DNA of 64,000 nt from Clostridia bacterium (GCA_017457225.1 JAFTHW010000007.1:3876-67875); one strand, 5' to 3'. Shown: positions 27,267 to 37,489, counted from the stretch's first letter. Numbers and translations: made by a program. The notes: a model not told the origin generated them from the sequence alone.

Positions 27267-28997
27267 TCAATTTTGCGTTTTGTAACAATCGCACGCCTTG
27301 CCGCTTTTCAAAAATCCCGTATCCGAGCACTTTTTACACGTAAATTGCGGCGTTAAATCTTCTTCCGTGATCCCGATCCGAGTTAAAATCTCTTTCCGCT
27401 CGGCAATCAACGCCGTTTTCGTTTGTTGTAAAGAGGGGAGTTTATCCGGCTCGAACACTTCCGCTTTCGCAAGGGAAATTTCCATTTTGGAAAGTTCCGT
27501 TTCCAGCTGTTTGAAACGTTTGTCCTTGTTGGCTTTTTCCAAATTCCGATCCGCAACGGTTTGCGCTTTTTCCCGAAGAAGCGCGTAGTATCTTTCCCGA
27601 TCGGATTTAGCATTTACCGCTTCGATTGCGGGATTGACATAGCCCGTTTTCGGTGTAGAAATTCCTATTGTCGGCGCGCTTGGAATCTCGTTCAACGCGT
27701 ACACGCCCCCCCTCTTCCAATCGGACAGGATCTTATTCATATAGGGGATAGGGCTTGCGGAAGCGGCGCTTCTCTTCGCAGCTTCAAGGATCATTTCGTT
27801 GCTAAATTTCCAATCCCTCCAGGTCTGTACCATAGAAAGATTGGTTGCGTTTTTACGGAGCGTACCGCAAATTTTTTCGATCTCGTTAAACAGCTTGAGT
27901 TCGTCGTTTTTACCTTTCAAGAATTCTTTGACTCCCTCTTTAGAAACGATGCCCTCGGCGAACAGTTTTCCGACCAATTCGTCCAAAGCGTTGAAATCGC
28001 TCCGTCCCGATTTCAGGCAGAACAACGCCATATCGAGAAGGGAGGAGTCCTCAAATCCGTACGTGTACCATTTTTCGGTATATTCGTCAATGAACGTCGC
28101 GGTATTGTTGACTTTGACCCCCAACTTTCTTGCGATCCGCAAGGTAAGCGTGCCGAGCAGTTCTCGTTCGGTAAGATAATTTTCGATGCCGCGGAGTTCG
28201 GTTTTTCCCTTTTGAGCCAACTCTTCCAAGGACAGATCAAGGCTTGCCATCGTACCGCGTTTCATACGCTTTGCGGCGGCGAGTACGCCGTCCTTGCGGA
28301 AACCCAGCTCCTCCGTCCATTTTTTATACAGCGCGTAATCCCCGTCCTCGGGCGCGCGCTGATAGAGCGCCATTGCATTGAAAACAGCGAGCAGATCTTT
28401 TTCGTGCGCGTTGTAGTTCGACAGCGCTTTTTCCACCTGTTCGTAAGTGGAGCAACCGTTTTGAATGAGTTTTTTCGCCTTGTTAAAGATATACGAGGGA
28501 GAAACGGATTCACCCTGTTTATTGATGCAATATTCAGCGACGAGCAAAAGCGCCTGCGGGCGAATATCGTTTTCTTCGAGGAAGTGCATAAATTTGAGGT
28601 AATCTCCCGAGGAAACGAATTTTCCGACGCGTTGCATTTTACGTTGAAGCTCTTTATTGAAATCGGAGTACTGTTCATAGCGTACGCGTTTGGGTTTTCC
28701 GACCGAAGTTTTGACAGGCAAATACTGTACGGCGAACGGCTCTTTGGAGAGGATTTGAACAAGGTCGTAATCTTCCCAAAGGGCAAATGCCTGCGCGATC
28801 TCTTCTTCGGTAGATTGCAGGACTTCCGCCATAGAACGAATGGTAAAATCGTTACAATTTCCGCAAAGGTACAAACCGTAAAGATATACTTTTACGGCGA
28901 ACGGATCCGCTTCGGGCAAATATTTGGTAATGAACTTATTTTCGACGACGGTATAGGAGTTCCCGTCGCTGTCCTTTACAAAAGAACAAAAAGCCAT
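27267..28997 (-). CDS. DnaD-domain replication initiation/membrane attachment protein (Firmicutes DnaB/DnaD family) with a C-terminal coiled coil and Cys knuckle
   Basis: A DnaD-like C-terminal motif IPYMNKILSDWKRGGV is present, plus a second DnaD-like repeat upstream. The C-terminus is FTCKKCSDTGFLKSGKACDCYK. The start is ATG 28997 or 29003. Confidence 0.65.
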   Translation of the reverse strand: MAFCSFVKDSDGNSYTVVENKFITKYLPEADPFAVKVYLYGLYLCGNCNDFTIRSMAEVLQSTEEEIAQAFALWEDYDLVQILSKEPFAVQYLPVKTSVGKPKRVRYEQYSDFNKELQRKMQRVGKFVSSGDYLKFMHFLEENDIRPQALLLVAEYCINKQGESVSPSYIFNKAKKLIQNGCSTYEQVEKALSNYNAHEKDLLAVFNAMALYQRAPEDGDYALYKKWTEELGFRKDGVLAAAKRMKRGTMASLDLSLEELAQKGKTELRGIENYLTERELLGTLTLRIARKLGVKVNNTATFIDEYTEKWYTYGFEDSSLLDMALFCLKSGRSDFNALDELVGKLFAEGIVSKEGVKEFLKGKNDELKLFNEIEKICGTLRKNATNLSMVQTWRDWKFSNEMILEAAKRSAASASPIPYMNKILSDWKRGGVYALNEIPSAPTIGISTPKTGYVNPAIEAVNAKSDRERYYALLREKAQTVADRNLEKANKDKRFKQLETELSKMEISLAKAEVFEPDKLPSLQQTKTALIAERKEILTRIGITEEDLTPQFTCKKCSDTGFLKSGKACDCYKTQN

Positions 28998-29263
28998 AAT
29001 CATTCCGCCTTTTTCAAAAAATTCCTTCGTAGAATCCAACAAAAAAATCCGCGTTCTTTCAAGATTTCTCTGCTTTCTTACTTGCATTCTTGAAAGAAAT
29101 AGTGTATAATAAACTAGTATAGTTATCTACCGTTTCCAAAGAAGGTATGACCATTATACCCGTTTTCGGTAACAAAAGCAATTCATTTCCGACCCGTTTT
29201 TGCAAAAAACCCGAAAAAATCTAAAACAACGGAAGCAACCGTATCGCGAAAAAGGAGAACGCC

Positions 29264-30418
29264 GTGAAAATTTTACACACGTCCGATTGGCATATAGGAA
29301 AACGGCTTATGGGTCGAGAGCGTTTTGAGGAACAATCGCAGGTTTTAGACGAAATGATACGGATTGCGGAAACGGAGCAAGTCGAACTCATTCTCGTCGT
29401 AGGCGATATTTTCGACACCTACACGCCGAGCGCGGAAGCGGTGGAGTTGTTTTTCTCCAAAATCAAACTTCTAGCAGGGAAAGAGAGAGCGGTACTTCTC
29501 ATCAGTGGCAACCACGACGACGGATTCCGCCTTTCGGCAGTCTCTCCGCTTTCGGAGGAACAGGGCATCTACGTCGTCGGTAACGACCGCAAGCCCTTGC
29601 CAATCGGCGGAACGCGGAACGTCCGCGTCGCCCGTTCGGGAAAAGGCTATGCCGTGTTTGAAAATACGTCGGGGGAAAGGATATTCGTCTCCACCCTGCC
29701 CTACCCCAACGAAGCGAGATTCAAAGAAGAAAAATCCGAGCTTGGCTACGTGGAGCAGATGCAAAAATGGATCGCGGAGGGCGAAATCGGGAACACCGAT
29801 CACGATCCGTCCGTATTTATGGCGCACCTGTTCGTTGCAGGCGGAGCCGTTTCGGACAGCGAACGGGAGATAGACCTCGGCGGCGCGCGTGCCGTTCCCG
29901 TATCGGCACTTCCGAAAAGCGATTATATCGCGCTGGGGCATTTACACAAAAAACAACGTATGGGGAATCATTGTTATTACAGCGGCTCTCCCTTGCAATA
30001 TTCCTTTGACGAACGTCCCGACAAATCGGTCAAAATCTTCGACCTCACGAAAAACGGAGTGGAAAATCTCACGGATATTCCCTTGCAATCGGGCAAAAAG
30101 CTTGTGCGTTTGCAAGCGGAATCGATAAGCGCGGCGGAGTCGCTTTTAGCGGCGTACGCCAACGAATTGGTGGAGCTAAAACTCCTTCTCAACGCGCCTT
30201 TGGCGTCAGCGGACGCAAAAAGTTTGGCGGAGCGTGGGAATTTGGTATCCCTATTGACGGAGATCCAATCGGAGGAAACGATGCAAATCGAGTCACGGAA
30301 AGGTCTTTCGGGCGAACAGCTTTTTGAAACGTTTTACAAAACGCAGTATGATTCCGAGCCTAAAACGGAACTGAAAGAATTGTTTCTATCCCTGCTTTCC
30401 GAAACCGAGCACGAATAA
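29264..30418 (+). CDS. sbcD: Exonuclease SbcD (Mre11 family)
   Basis: It has a GTG start with RBS AAAGGAG. Motifs: MKILHTSDWHIG, VVGDIFD, GNHD, GHLH. Confidence 0.85.
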   Translation: MKILHTSDWHIGKRLMGRERFEEQSQVLDEMIRIAETEQVELILVVGDIFDTYTPSAEAVELFFSKIKLLAGKERAVLLISGNHDDGFRLSAVSPLSEEQGIYVVGNDRKPLPIGGTRNVRVARSGKGYAVFENTSGERIFVSTLPYPNEARFKEEKSELGYVEQMQKWIAEGEIGNTDHDPSVFMAHLFVAGGAVSDSEREIDLGGARAVPVSALPKSDYIALGHLHKKQRMGNHCYYSGSPLQYSFDERPDKSVKIFDLTKNGVENLTDIPLQSGKKLVRLQAESISAAESLLAAYANELVELKLLLNAPLASADAKSLAERGNLVSLLTEIQSEETMQIESRKGLSGEQLFETFYKTQYDSEPKTELKELFLSLLSETEHE

Positions 30419-30445
30419 AGAACAAACACGAACAAGGAGTGGGGA

Positions 30446-33034
30446 ATGAAGCCCGTCTATCTCGAATTTTGCGGTATCAACAGCTTTTCCGAAACGGCGA
30501 AAATTGATTTTCGCGCGTTGCTTTCGGGCGGTTTATTTGGTATTTTCGGGGATACGGGCAGCGGAAAAAGCACCATTCTCGACTGTATCCATTTTGCGCT
30601 GTACGGAGTCGTAGACCGCGTTCCCAAAGCTTTAAGCGATTGTATCAACTATCATTGCGACGGAGCGTACGTAGTCTTTGATTTCGAGATCACGACAGAG
30701 GGGGAACGGCACACCTATCGAGTCCGTCGGGAGCGCAAACGCAAAAACGGAGTCTCCAAGGCGTTCTTATACGAGTGCATAGACGATCGACTGCAAGCGC
30801 TTGCGGAGAACACCGACGAAGTGAATGCCGCGCTTGCAAGGATCATCGGCTTGACGTTCAACGATTTCAAGATGTGTATCGCCCTGCCGCAGGGGGATTT
30901 TGCGGCGCTTGTAAAATCGACGACGGCGGAGCGGGTAAAGCTCGTAGCGCGCCTCTTTGATTTGGAGAAGTACGGGGAAAAACTCTTTAAAAAAGTCAAT
31001 GAAAAATACTTTGCAGCGGATGCGGAAGTCAAGCTCGTAGAGGCGAAGATGGGCGAGAACGACGCTGCGGAAGAAGGGGCGATCGAGGCAAAGGAAGAAG
31101 AGATCCGCCTTTGCAAAGAGAGCCTTTTAAAAGCGGACGAACGTTTGAAGCTTGCGGAACGGGAATGGGAACGTTTGACCGCGCTCGAAAAGGAAAAACG
31201 GGAGTACGAAACGATTTGCGCGACGTTGGAAACGTATAAAAATCGGCTTCCCGCGATGGAAGAAAAACGCGCCCTTGTCGAGCGGTTGCCTGCAGCGAAA
31301 GGGGTAGCCGAAAAAGCGGCAGCGGCGGCGGAACACTTACTTAAGAAAACGGAAGCGGAGAAAAAACGTACGGAAACGGAGCTTTTATACGCGCAGGCGT
31401 GCGCGAAGCTTGCGGAGAAAAAGTCGGAACAGGGAAAGGAAACTTACGACGAAAAGATTTTAGAGTGTTCGTTACAGCTGGATAAAGTACGGGCGGCGCA
31501 AGGGGACGTAGAGGCGGCGGAAGCGGCGAAAAACGCGCTGGAAGACTGTAAAAAAGAGTACAACGCGTTGCGGGCGAAATGTCCGGAGGAAGCGTTTGAC
31601 AAGAAACTGTTAGAGATCGACGAAAAGATCGCAAAGCTAGGCGAGGAGGACGACCTGCTCTCCTATCTCAAACACCACTTCAAAGACGTATTTTTACCCG
31701 AGGCGTACGGCGAATTCCGCGCGGATTTGCGCGCATTGCAAGAAAAATACCCCGAGACTGCTTCGGACGTAGAAACGCTTTTAAAAAAATACACCCCCAC
31801 CGTCAGCGGGCAACAGCTCGACGTGGCGAGCGCCCATCTCGCGTTCAAGGAAACGGAACGCGAGAAGAAACGACTCAAGGGGGAACGGGAACAGATCGAA
31901 AACCGTTTTCGACTCTATCGGGAGAACGAATCGGCAAAAAATATGCTGATAGAGCGCGGAAAGATCCTCCGTCGCAACTACGAAGAGGCGACGGCGAAGA
32001 TCCAATCCCTGCAAGCGTTGGGCACGGCGGCGGAGCTTGAAAAACGGCTCGTGGCGCTCAAACGGGAACAGCAGACGCTCGCAGAGGAAATCGAACGGGC
32101 AACCGCAAGCGCGAACGCATACTTTGCCGAAGCGGAAAAACAAAAAGGCTTGGCGGCTTTGTATAGCGAATTGCGCGCCGAGTCGGAATCGGCTCTTTTC
32201 GATGCGTTGAAAGCGAGCGGATTTTCCTCCGTCCAAGAAGCAGAAAAATTGACGTTGGAGTTAGGCGACGAGGAATCGTGTAAACGAGAATACAAAGAAT
32301 TCTTCGATCGGTACGAATATTATAAGGTGAAGAGATCGGAAATAGACGAGAAAAAGTTCATAGGTTTGAACGAAACGGCGCTTTTAGCGGCGAAAGAAAG
32401 GAAACTTGCCTTGCAGGCAGAGCGCGACGGATTGACGGCGAGGGCGGCTTCTTTGGAAACGGAGAAAAAGCGGCTTGTAGAGATTCGGGACAAATATTTG
32501 GCTCTTGAAAAGGAAAAGAAAGGCAAAGAAAAGACAAGGGATCTTTGCGACGAACTCAGAAGCTTGCTTCGCAACAATCGGTTTTTGGAGTTTATCGCTT
32601 CGGAATATCTGCAAGAGATCTGTTTTGCGGCAAGCAAGACCTTGCTTTCGTTGACGGGTGGAAGATACTTTCTTTCGTACGAGAAAGAATTCAAGGTCGG
32701 CGACAATTTAGACGGGGGGAAACTCCGCGCGGTCAAAACGCTGTCGGGCGGCGAAACGTTTTTGGTTTCTCTCTCGCTCGCCTTATCGCTCAGCGCAGAG
32801 ATCTGTCGAAAGTCCTTACGCCCTATCGAGTTCTTCTTTTTGGACGAAGGATTCGGCACGTTGGACGGAAAGCTCGTGGATACGGTGATGGACGTACTCG
32901 GAAAATTGAGTAAAAATTTTGCGGTGGGGCTCATTTCTCACGTAGAGGAGTTAAAACACCGCATAGAAAATAAAATTTTGGTTACGGGAGCGACGGAGAC
33001 GAGCGGATCCAAGCTCCGCGTGGAAAGCTATTGA
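30446..33034 (+). CDS. sbcC: SbcC/Rad50-family ATPase
   Basis: Walker A is GDTGSGKST, followed by a long coiled coil, the signature LSGGE and Walker B FFLDEGFGTLD. No CxxC hook is seen. Confidence 0.85.
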   Translation: MKPVYLEFCGINSFSETAKIDFRALLSGGLFGIFGDTGSGKSTILDCIHFALYGVVDRVPKALSDCINYHCDGAYVVFDFEITTEGERHTYRVRRERKRKNGVSKAFLYECIDDRLQALAENTDEVNAALARIIGLTFNDFKMCIALPQGDFAALVKSTTAERVKLVARLFDLEKYGEKLFKKVNEKYFAADAEVKLVEAKMGENDAAEEGAIEAKEEEIRLCKESLLKADERLKLAEREWERLTALEKEKREYETICATLETYKNRLPAMEEKRALVERLPAAKGVAEKAAAAAEHLLKKTEAEKKRTETELLYAQACAKLAEKKSEQGKETYDEKILECSLQLDKVRAAQGDVEAAEAAKNALEDCKKEYNALRAKCPEEAFDKKLLEIDEKIAKLGEEDDLLSYLKHHFKDVFLPEAYGEFRADLRALQEKYPETASDVETLLKKYTPTVSGQQLDVASAHLAFKETEREKKRLKGEREQIENRFRLYRENESAKNMLIERGKILRRNYEEATAKIQSLQALGTAAELEKRLVALKREQQTLAEEIERATASANAYFAEAEKQKGLAALYSELRAESESALFDALKASGFSSVQEAEKLTLELGDEESCKREYKEFFDRYEYYKVKRSEIDEKKFIGLNETALLAAKERKLALQAERDGLTARAASLETEKKRLVEIRDKYLALEKEKKGKEKTRDLCDELRSLLRNNRFLEFIASEYLQEICFAASKTLLSLTGGRYFLSYEKEFKVGDNLDGGKLRAVKTLSGGETFLVSLSLALSLSAEICRKSLRPIEFFFLDEGFGTLDGKLVDTVMDVLGKLSKNFAVGLISHVEELKHRIENKILVTGATETSGSKLRVESY

Positions 33035-33090
33035 GGAAACGCAAAGAAGCGAAAGAGGAAAAATAGGCAAACGGTAAAAGGAAAGAGGCT

Positions 33091-34797
33091 ATGATTGTAA
33101 GCGCGATCTCCTTATGGAGAGAATTCAAATTGAATACACCCCTGGGCGCAAGCGAATGGGGAATTGAAAAGCGGAAAGGAATGGTATTCAGTCACGTCTC
33201 CTATTCGGGACACACGTCGGAGGCGGGGGACGGAGCGGTTCGCATTTACGGAAAATTTGCCCGCCCGTTGAAAGCGGGGAAATATCCCGTTGTTTTATTG
33301 CTTCCCGACGCGGGAAAACCGTTAGATGAAGAACTTTTGCAGTATTTCGTGGACAGAGGTTACGCGGTATTGATGCCCGATTATTCGGGAAAAATGCAAG
33401 GGGACGGGGATAACGTATTCCGTACGGTATATCCCCCCTCCTTGATGCACGGCAATTTCGAGCAGTCGAGAGGCTTATACGATCTTTCGATGTTGGAAGT
33501 GACGGAAACGACGTGGTTTGAATGGACGTACGTTGCGCTGTATTCCTTGGAGTACTTAAAATCCCGAGAAGACGTAGGCAATATCGGCGTCGTGGGAATT
33601 CGCAAAGGGGGCGAGCTCGCTTGGCAAGTAATGCTTTCGCCTGCGGTAAAATGCGGCGTAGCCGTCAACGCGATCGGTTGGCGTTCCTTCCAATCCCTTG
33701 CGAAATTCGGGGACAACGTAGCGCACGATTTAAGCAACGACACCCACCGCTATATCGCGGCGATCGAGGCGCAGTCGTACGCTCCGTACGTCAAGTGCCC
33801 CGTACTGATGCTCTGCGCTCTGCGCGACGATTCTTTCGATTGCGATCGGGCGTACGATACGTATTCGAGAATCGGGAATACGGACGGAAACGTACTCGTA
33901 TATTCGGCGGACAGCGGCGCGTGTATCGGCGCAAGAGGTCTGACCGATTTAGATCTGTTTTTGGAAAAGAACTTAAAAGACCGCGCCATCTACGTTCCCG
34001 ACACCCTCAACGTTGCGTTGAAAGAAACGAGCGAGGGAATACAAGTGTTGGTAGAGGGGGACGACGAGGGTATTTTGGACGAAGCGGGAGTCTTTTACGC
34101 CGAAGCGGACGTCACGACGAAATCGGACTATCGCGAATGGCGAAGAGTGTATAAAGTGGACGGAAAGTCCGTCAAGGACGGAAAATTCAGTTGCAAGATC
34201 AAGCCGTTTGAAGGCGCAACCGCTGCGTTCGTGTACGCCTACGCGAAGTATATCAACGGTTTTACGGTAATGTCGAAGATCACGGCGAAAAAGTTTTTAG
34301 GCGCAAATCCCCGGGCGGTAAAGAGCAGACGTTTGTTTACGGGTAAGGAGTTAGATTGCTTTGGAGTCGCGCAGTACGAAGACTACTCTATTGGTGAAAT
34401 CTTTTTGGAAAAGGAAGCCGCTCCCAAGATCACGTACGGTTACGGAAATATCACGGGCGCGTATTCGGTCGGTGGGATCAAGACGTATAAAATTAGTTCG
34501 CCCGAATATATTCCCGACGAAAACGCGTTTTTAAAATTCGACGTCTATTTCCAAACGGACGAGGAATTGAAGATCTCGGTAGAGAGCGCGGATACGAGAA
34601 AGAAAGGGGAACGCTACACTTGCGTCGTACCCGTCAAGGGCGGCGGAAAATTCAAGCGCATCATCTTAAAGGCGGCGGATTTCAAAGGCGAACGCTTCGG
34701 CTCGTCCCTGCAAAATTTTTCGGATGGCAGGGCACTCCTGTTCTCCTGCGAGAACGAGAATAGCGAGTTTGCCGTCACCAATATTATTTGGCTGTAA
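33091..34797 (+). CDS. Alpha/beta-hydrolase-fold-like protein (AXE1/DLH-like N-terminal half) with a degenerate nucleophile motif, plus a ~270-aa C-terminal domain of unknown function
   Basis: YPVVLLLPDAGKP...GYAVLMPDYSGK and CPVLMLCALRDD resemble esterase folds. The nucleophile elbow reads GIRKG instead of GxSxG. Confidence 0.4.
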   Translation: MIVSAISLWREFKLNTPLGASEWGIEKRKGMVFSHVSYSGHTSEAGDGAVRIYGKFARPLKAGKYPVVLLLPDAGKPLDEELLQYFVDRGYAVLMPDYSGKMQGDGDNVFRTVYPPSLMHGNFEQSRGLYDLSMLEVTETTWFEWTYVALYSLEYLKSREDVGNIGVVGIRKGGELAWQVMLSPAVKCGVAVNAIGWRSFQSLAKFGDNVAHDLSNDTHRYIAAIEAQSYAPYVKCPVLMLCALRDDSFDCDRAYDTYSRIGNTDGNVLVYSADSGACIGARGLTDLDLFLEKNLKDRAIYVPDTLNVALKETSEGIQVLVEGDDEGILDEAGVFYAEADVTTKSDYREWRRVYKVDGKSVKDGKFSCKIKPFEGATAAFVYAYAKYINGFTVMSKITAKKFLGANPRAVKSRRLFTGKELDCFGVAQYEDYSIGEIFLEKEAAPKITYGYGNITGAYSVGGIKTYKISSPEYIPDENAFLKFDVYFQTDEELKISVESADTRKKGERYTCVVPVKGGGKFKRIILKAADFKGERFGSSLQNFSDGRALLFSCENENSEFAVTNIIWL

Positions 34798-34806
34798 GAG
34801 GGCGGT

Positions 34807-34995
34807 ATGTACGGATTGAACGACGTTTTGACGATGAAAAAGCCCCATCCCTGCGGGGGGAAAGATTGGAAAGTTATGCGCGTTGGCGCGGATATCAAGA
34901 TCCAATGCGCCACTTGCGGAAAATACGTCAATCTGCCCCGTGACGAACTGCAAAAACGGGTCAAAAAGCAAACGAGAGCAGAGGATAAAGAATGA
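34807..34995 (+). CDS. DUF951-family small protein
   Basis: The sequence is [36 protein letters not shown]. Confidence 0.7.
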   Translation: MYGLNDVLTMKKPHPCGGKDWKVMRVGADIKIQCATCGKYVNLPRDELQKRVKKQTRAEDKE

Positions 34996-35690
34996 GCGAA
35001 CGGGATCTGAAAGACAGCGAAATATACCGTAGCCGTATAAAAGGTTGGGATTGGGAGCTATTAGGCTTTCTTCTCCTTTTATGCGTAGCGTTTTTTGCGT
35101 TTTTTAAGACCCGCGCCACGCTCGCGAACTACGGTTGCGCTTGGGTGGAGCAAAATTCGATGAACCGCACGCTGGACGACGGCGACGCGTTGTTGATGCG
35201 ATTAGCAGGCACAGGCAAACAAGCCCAACGCGGCGACGTAATCATCGTGAACGTACAAGGGTATGAGGAATGTGGCAACATTGACTATCTGATCAAACGC
35301 CTGATCGCGACGGGCGGCGATAAAGTCCGTTGCCAAGACGGACAGGTTGAGATCTGGAAAGCGGAGGGCGACGGTTGGGAAGTTTTAAACGAGCCGTACG
35401 CATATTACGGTGAGAACGACGAGTATAAAACCCACTACGATTTTGGGATCTACGAGGTCGGCGAGGGCGAGATCTTCTTTTTAGGCGACAACCGCAGTGG
35501 CGCACTCAGCAGTGTAGACAGTCGCTATGAAGAACAGTTCGGCTCGCATTTGCAGGACTCGTTGTATAAAGAATCGGATATTTACGGGATCGTTTCTCAA
35601 AATACGATCGAGTATAAGGGCTTTTGGACGGGCTATTTTACGGTGATGAGAAGCATCGAAGAATTTTTCAAAAGCTGTTTTGGAATCTAA
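34992..35690 (+). CDS. lepB: Signal peptidase I (S26)
   Basis: Motifs NSMNRTL (Ser), KRLIATGGD (Lys) and [14 protein letters not shown] are present. It overlaps the previous gene by ATGA. Confidence 0.85.
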   Translation: MSERDLKDSEIYRSRIKGWDWELLGFLLLLCVAFFAFFKTRATLANYGCAWVEQNSMNRTLDDGDALLMRLAGTGKQAQRGDVIIVNVQGYEECGNIDYLIKRLIATGGDKVRCQDGQVEIWKAEGDGWEVLNEPYAYYGENDEYKTHYDFGIYEVGEGEIFFLGDNRSGALSSVDSRYEEQFGSHLQDSLYKESDIYGIVSQNTIEYKGFWTGYFTVMRSIEEFFKSCFGI

Positions 35691-35749
35691 AATCAAAATC
35701 AAAAGCATAAAATAAGACGATAGAAAACAGACAAAAGGAGAACAACATT

Positions 35750-36595
35750 ATGGCAATTCGAATCACATCAGACAGCACTTGCGATTTGGGCAATTTGGCG
35801 GAGAAGTACAACGTCGGGGTATTACCGATGGCAGTTACTTTGGACGGCGAAGTGTATTACGACGGAGTTAGCATCACGCCGCAGGACATTTTTGCATTCG
35901 TTACGGAAAAGAAGATCCTGCCCAAGACCAGCGCTCCGAGCATTGGTGATTACGAGGAATTTTTTAAAGAGCAGCTTGCGTACGGCGACGAGATTATTCA
36001 CTTCAACATCTCGTCCAAGAGTTCGGCATCTCACAACTTTGCCAAGCAGGCGGCGGAGAGTTTTAACGGCAAAGTCCGCGTGATCGACAGTATGGCGCTT
36101 TCGACGGGGCAAGGCTTGCTTGTTTTGAAAGCGGCGGAAATGAGCGCCGCAGGCAAGAGCGCGGATGAGATCGAAGAAACGATCAACGAACTTCGGTTAA
36201 GAGTGAACACGTCGTTCGTTCCCGACAGTTTGGACTATCTTTACAAAGGCGGCAGAGTTTCAAAAATGACGTTATACGGAGCAAACCTGCTCAAGATTCA
36301 CCCTCAGATTCAAATGGAACAAGGCCAGCTTGTTCCCGGTAAGAAATACCGCGGCAAGATGACGGTATGTATCAAGCAGTACGTAGAAGATTTGAAGAAT
36401 GCGTATCCCAAGTACGACAAAACGCGTTGTTTCGTAACGCACTCCTGCGCGGACGAAGAACTCGTGGCGCTTGCGAAAGCAAAGGTAAAAGAACTGTTTG
36501 CTTTTGACGAAGTTTTGGAAACGGTAGCGGGCGCGACGGTCACGAGCCATTGTGGCAGAAACACGCTGGGCGTACTGTTCATTTACGAAGAATGA
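35750..36595 (+). CDS. DegV-family fatty-acid-binding protein
   Basis: The N-terminus reads IRITSDSTCDL, and the size is 281 aa. Confidence 0.8.
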   Translation: MAIRITSDSTCDLGNLAEKYNVGVLPMAVTLDGEVYYDGVSITPQDIFAFVTEKKILPKTSAPSIGDYEEFFKEQLAYGDEIIHFNISSKSSASHNFAKQAAESFNGKVRVIDSMALSTGQGLLVLKAAEMSAAGKSADEIEETINELRLRVNTSFVPDSLDYLYKGGRVSKMTLYGANLLKIHPQIQMEQGQLVPGKKYRGKMTVCIKQYVEDLKNAYPKYDKTRCFVTHSCADEELVALAKAKVKELFAFDEVLETVAGATVTSHCGRNTLGVLFIYEE

Positions 36596-36636
36596 GTTTA
36601 TTGACCGAATTATAAGAATCCGAAGGAAGAGCGAAA

Positions 36637-37185
36637 ATGATTTCCGTTTACACTGACGCCGATTATTTGGCGTCGTACAAACAAAAGAAACGCATCGTTT
36701 TGACGTTTTGGGCGGTAACGGCTTGCTACGTAATGTTTTGCGGCGCGTGGCTAGCTTATCACATATCCTTACCGTACAAACACCCGATGTTGTTTTTACC
36801 GAAACTGTTGATTTACGTGGCGAGCGCCGCGTACGTCCTGTTTGCTTTTCCGTATTTGGCAATCAAATACGAACGGATCAGGCGGTATTATAAAATGTTG
36901 CATTACGTTTCCGTGGGCTTAAAACAAACGGAGCAAAATTATTTCTACTGTTTTGCAAAGCAGGATTTACCCAAAGACCACGTAGACGTAGTTTCGTGTA
37001 TATTCAATACGTGGAACGACAAAAAAAAGGAATGGTTGGAGCGTGAAACGTATCTGGACGCAGAGAAACCCTTTCCCGATTTTGGGAACGGCGACCTCGT
37101 CCGTTACGTAACGCAGAGCAACTTTCTTATCCAGTACGAAATCGTCGAGCGCGACGCAATGGAGTACGAGGAAGACGACGAATAA
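36637..37185 (+). CDS. Hypothetical membrane protein (2 TM) with an acidic C-terminus
   Basis: The ORF has an RBS and TM segments. I did not recognise any family. Confidence 0.5.
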   Translation: MISVYTDADYLASYKQKKRIVLTFWAVTACYVMFCGAWLAYHISLPYKHPMLFLPKLLIYVASAAYVLFAFPYLAIKYERIRRYYKMLHYVSVGLKQTEQNYFYCFAKQDLPKDHVDVVSCIFNTWNDKKKEWLERETYLDAEKPFPDFGNGDLVRYVTQSNFLIQYEIVERDAMEYEEDDE

Positions 37186-37203
37186 AACAAAAGGAGAACG
37201 AAT

Positions 37204-37473
37204 ATGAAAGCAGTAGTAACCGTAACGGGTAAAGACAGACAAGGCATTATCGCGAAAGTGAGCGCGTTTTTGGCGGAAAAAGGAGCGAACATCGAAGACA
37301 TTTCCCAAACCATTCTCGGCGAATATTTTGCGATGATTATGATGGTGGATATTTCCTCCGCAACCGAGGAACTTGCAACGCTCGCTAAGGAGTGCGCGGA
37401 GCTTGGCAAACAAATCGGTATGGCAATCTATATGCAGCACGAAGACATCTTCAACGCAATGCATAACGTATAA
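37204..37473 (+). CDS. ACT-domain protein (UPF0237)
   Basis: The sequence begins [36 protein letters not shown]. It shows the classic pairing with the following UPF0210 gene. Confidence 0.8.
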   Translation: MKAVVTVTGKDRQGIIAKVSAFLAEKGANIEDISQTILGEYFAMIMMVDISSATEELATLAKECAELGKQIGMAIYMQHEDIFNAMHNV

Positions 37474-37489
37474 GCGCGGGGAGAAGAGT

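Noticed and set aside
27561-29093. A 510-aa plus-strand ORF opposite the DnaD-like gene. Similar shadow ORFs lie at 2079-3089(-), 36967-38502(-), 39412-40482(-), 44456-45436(-), 47387-48436(-) and 61557-62255(-).
   Set aside because: These are antisense shadows of genes with clear family motifs. They have no RBS and no recognisable motifs, and several span two unrelated sense genes.
29264-33034. The SbcD/SbcC pair as part of an anti-phage defence system (Lamassu-, Wadjet- or Gabija-like).
   Set aside because: It is a conventional two-gene sbcDC arrangement with Mre11 phosphoesterase motifs and Rad50-type Walker and signature motifs. No accessory defence genes are nearby, and the neighbours are housekeeping.
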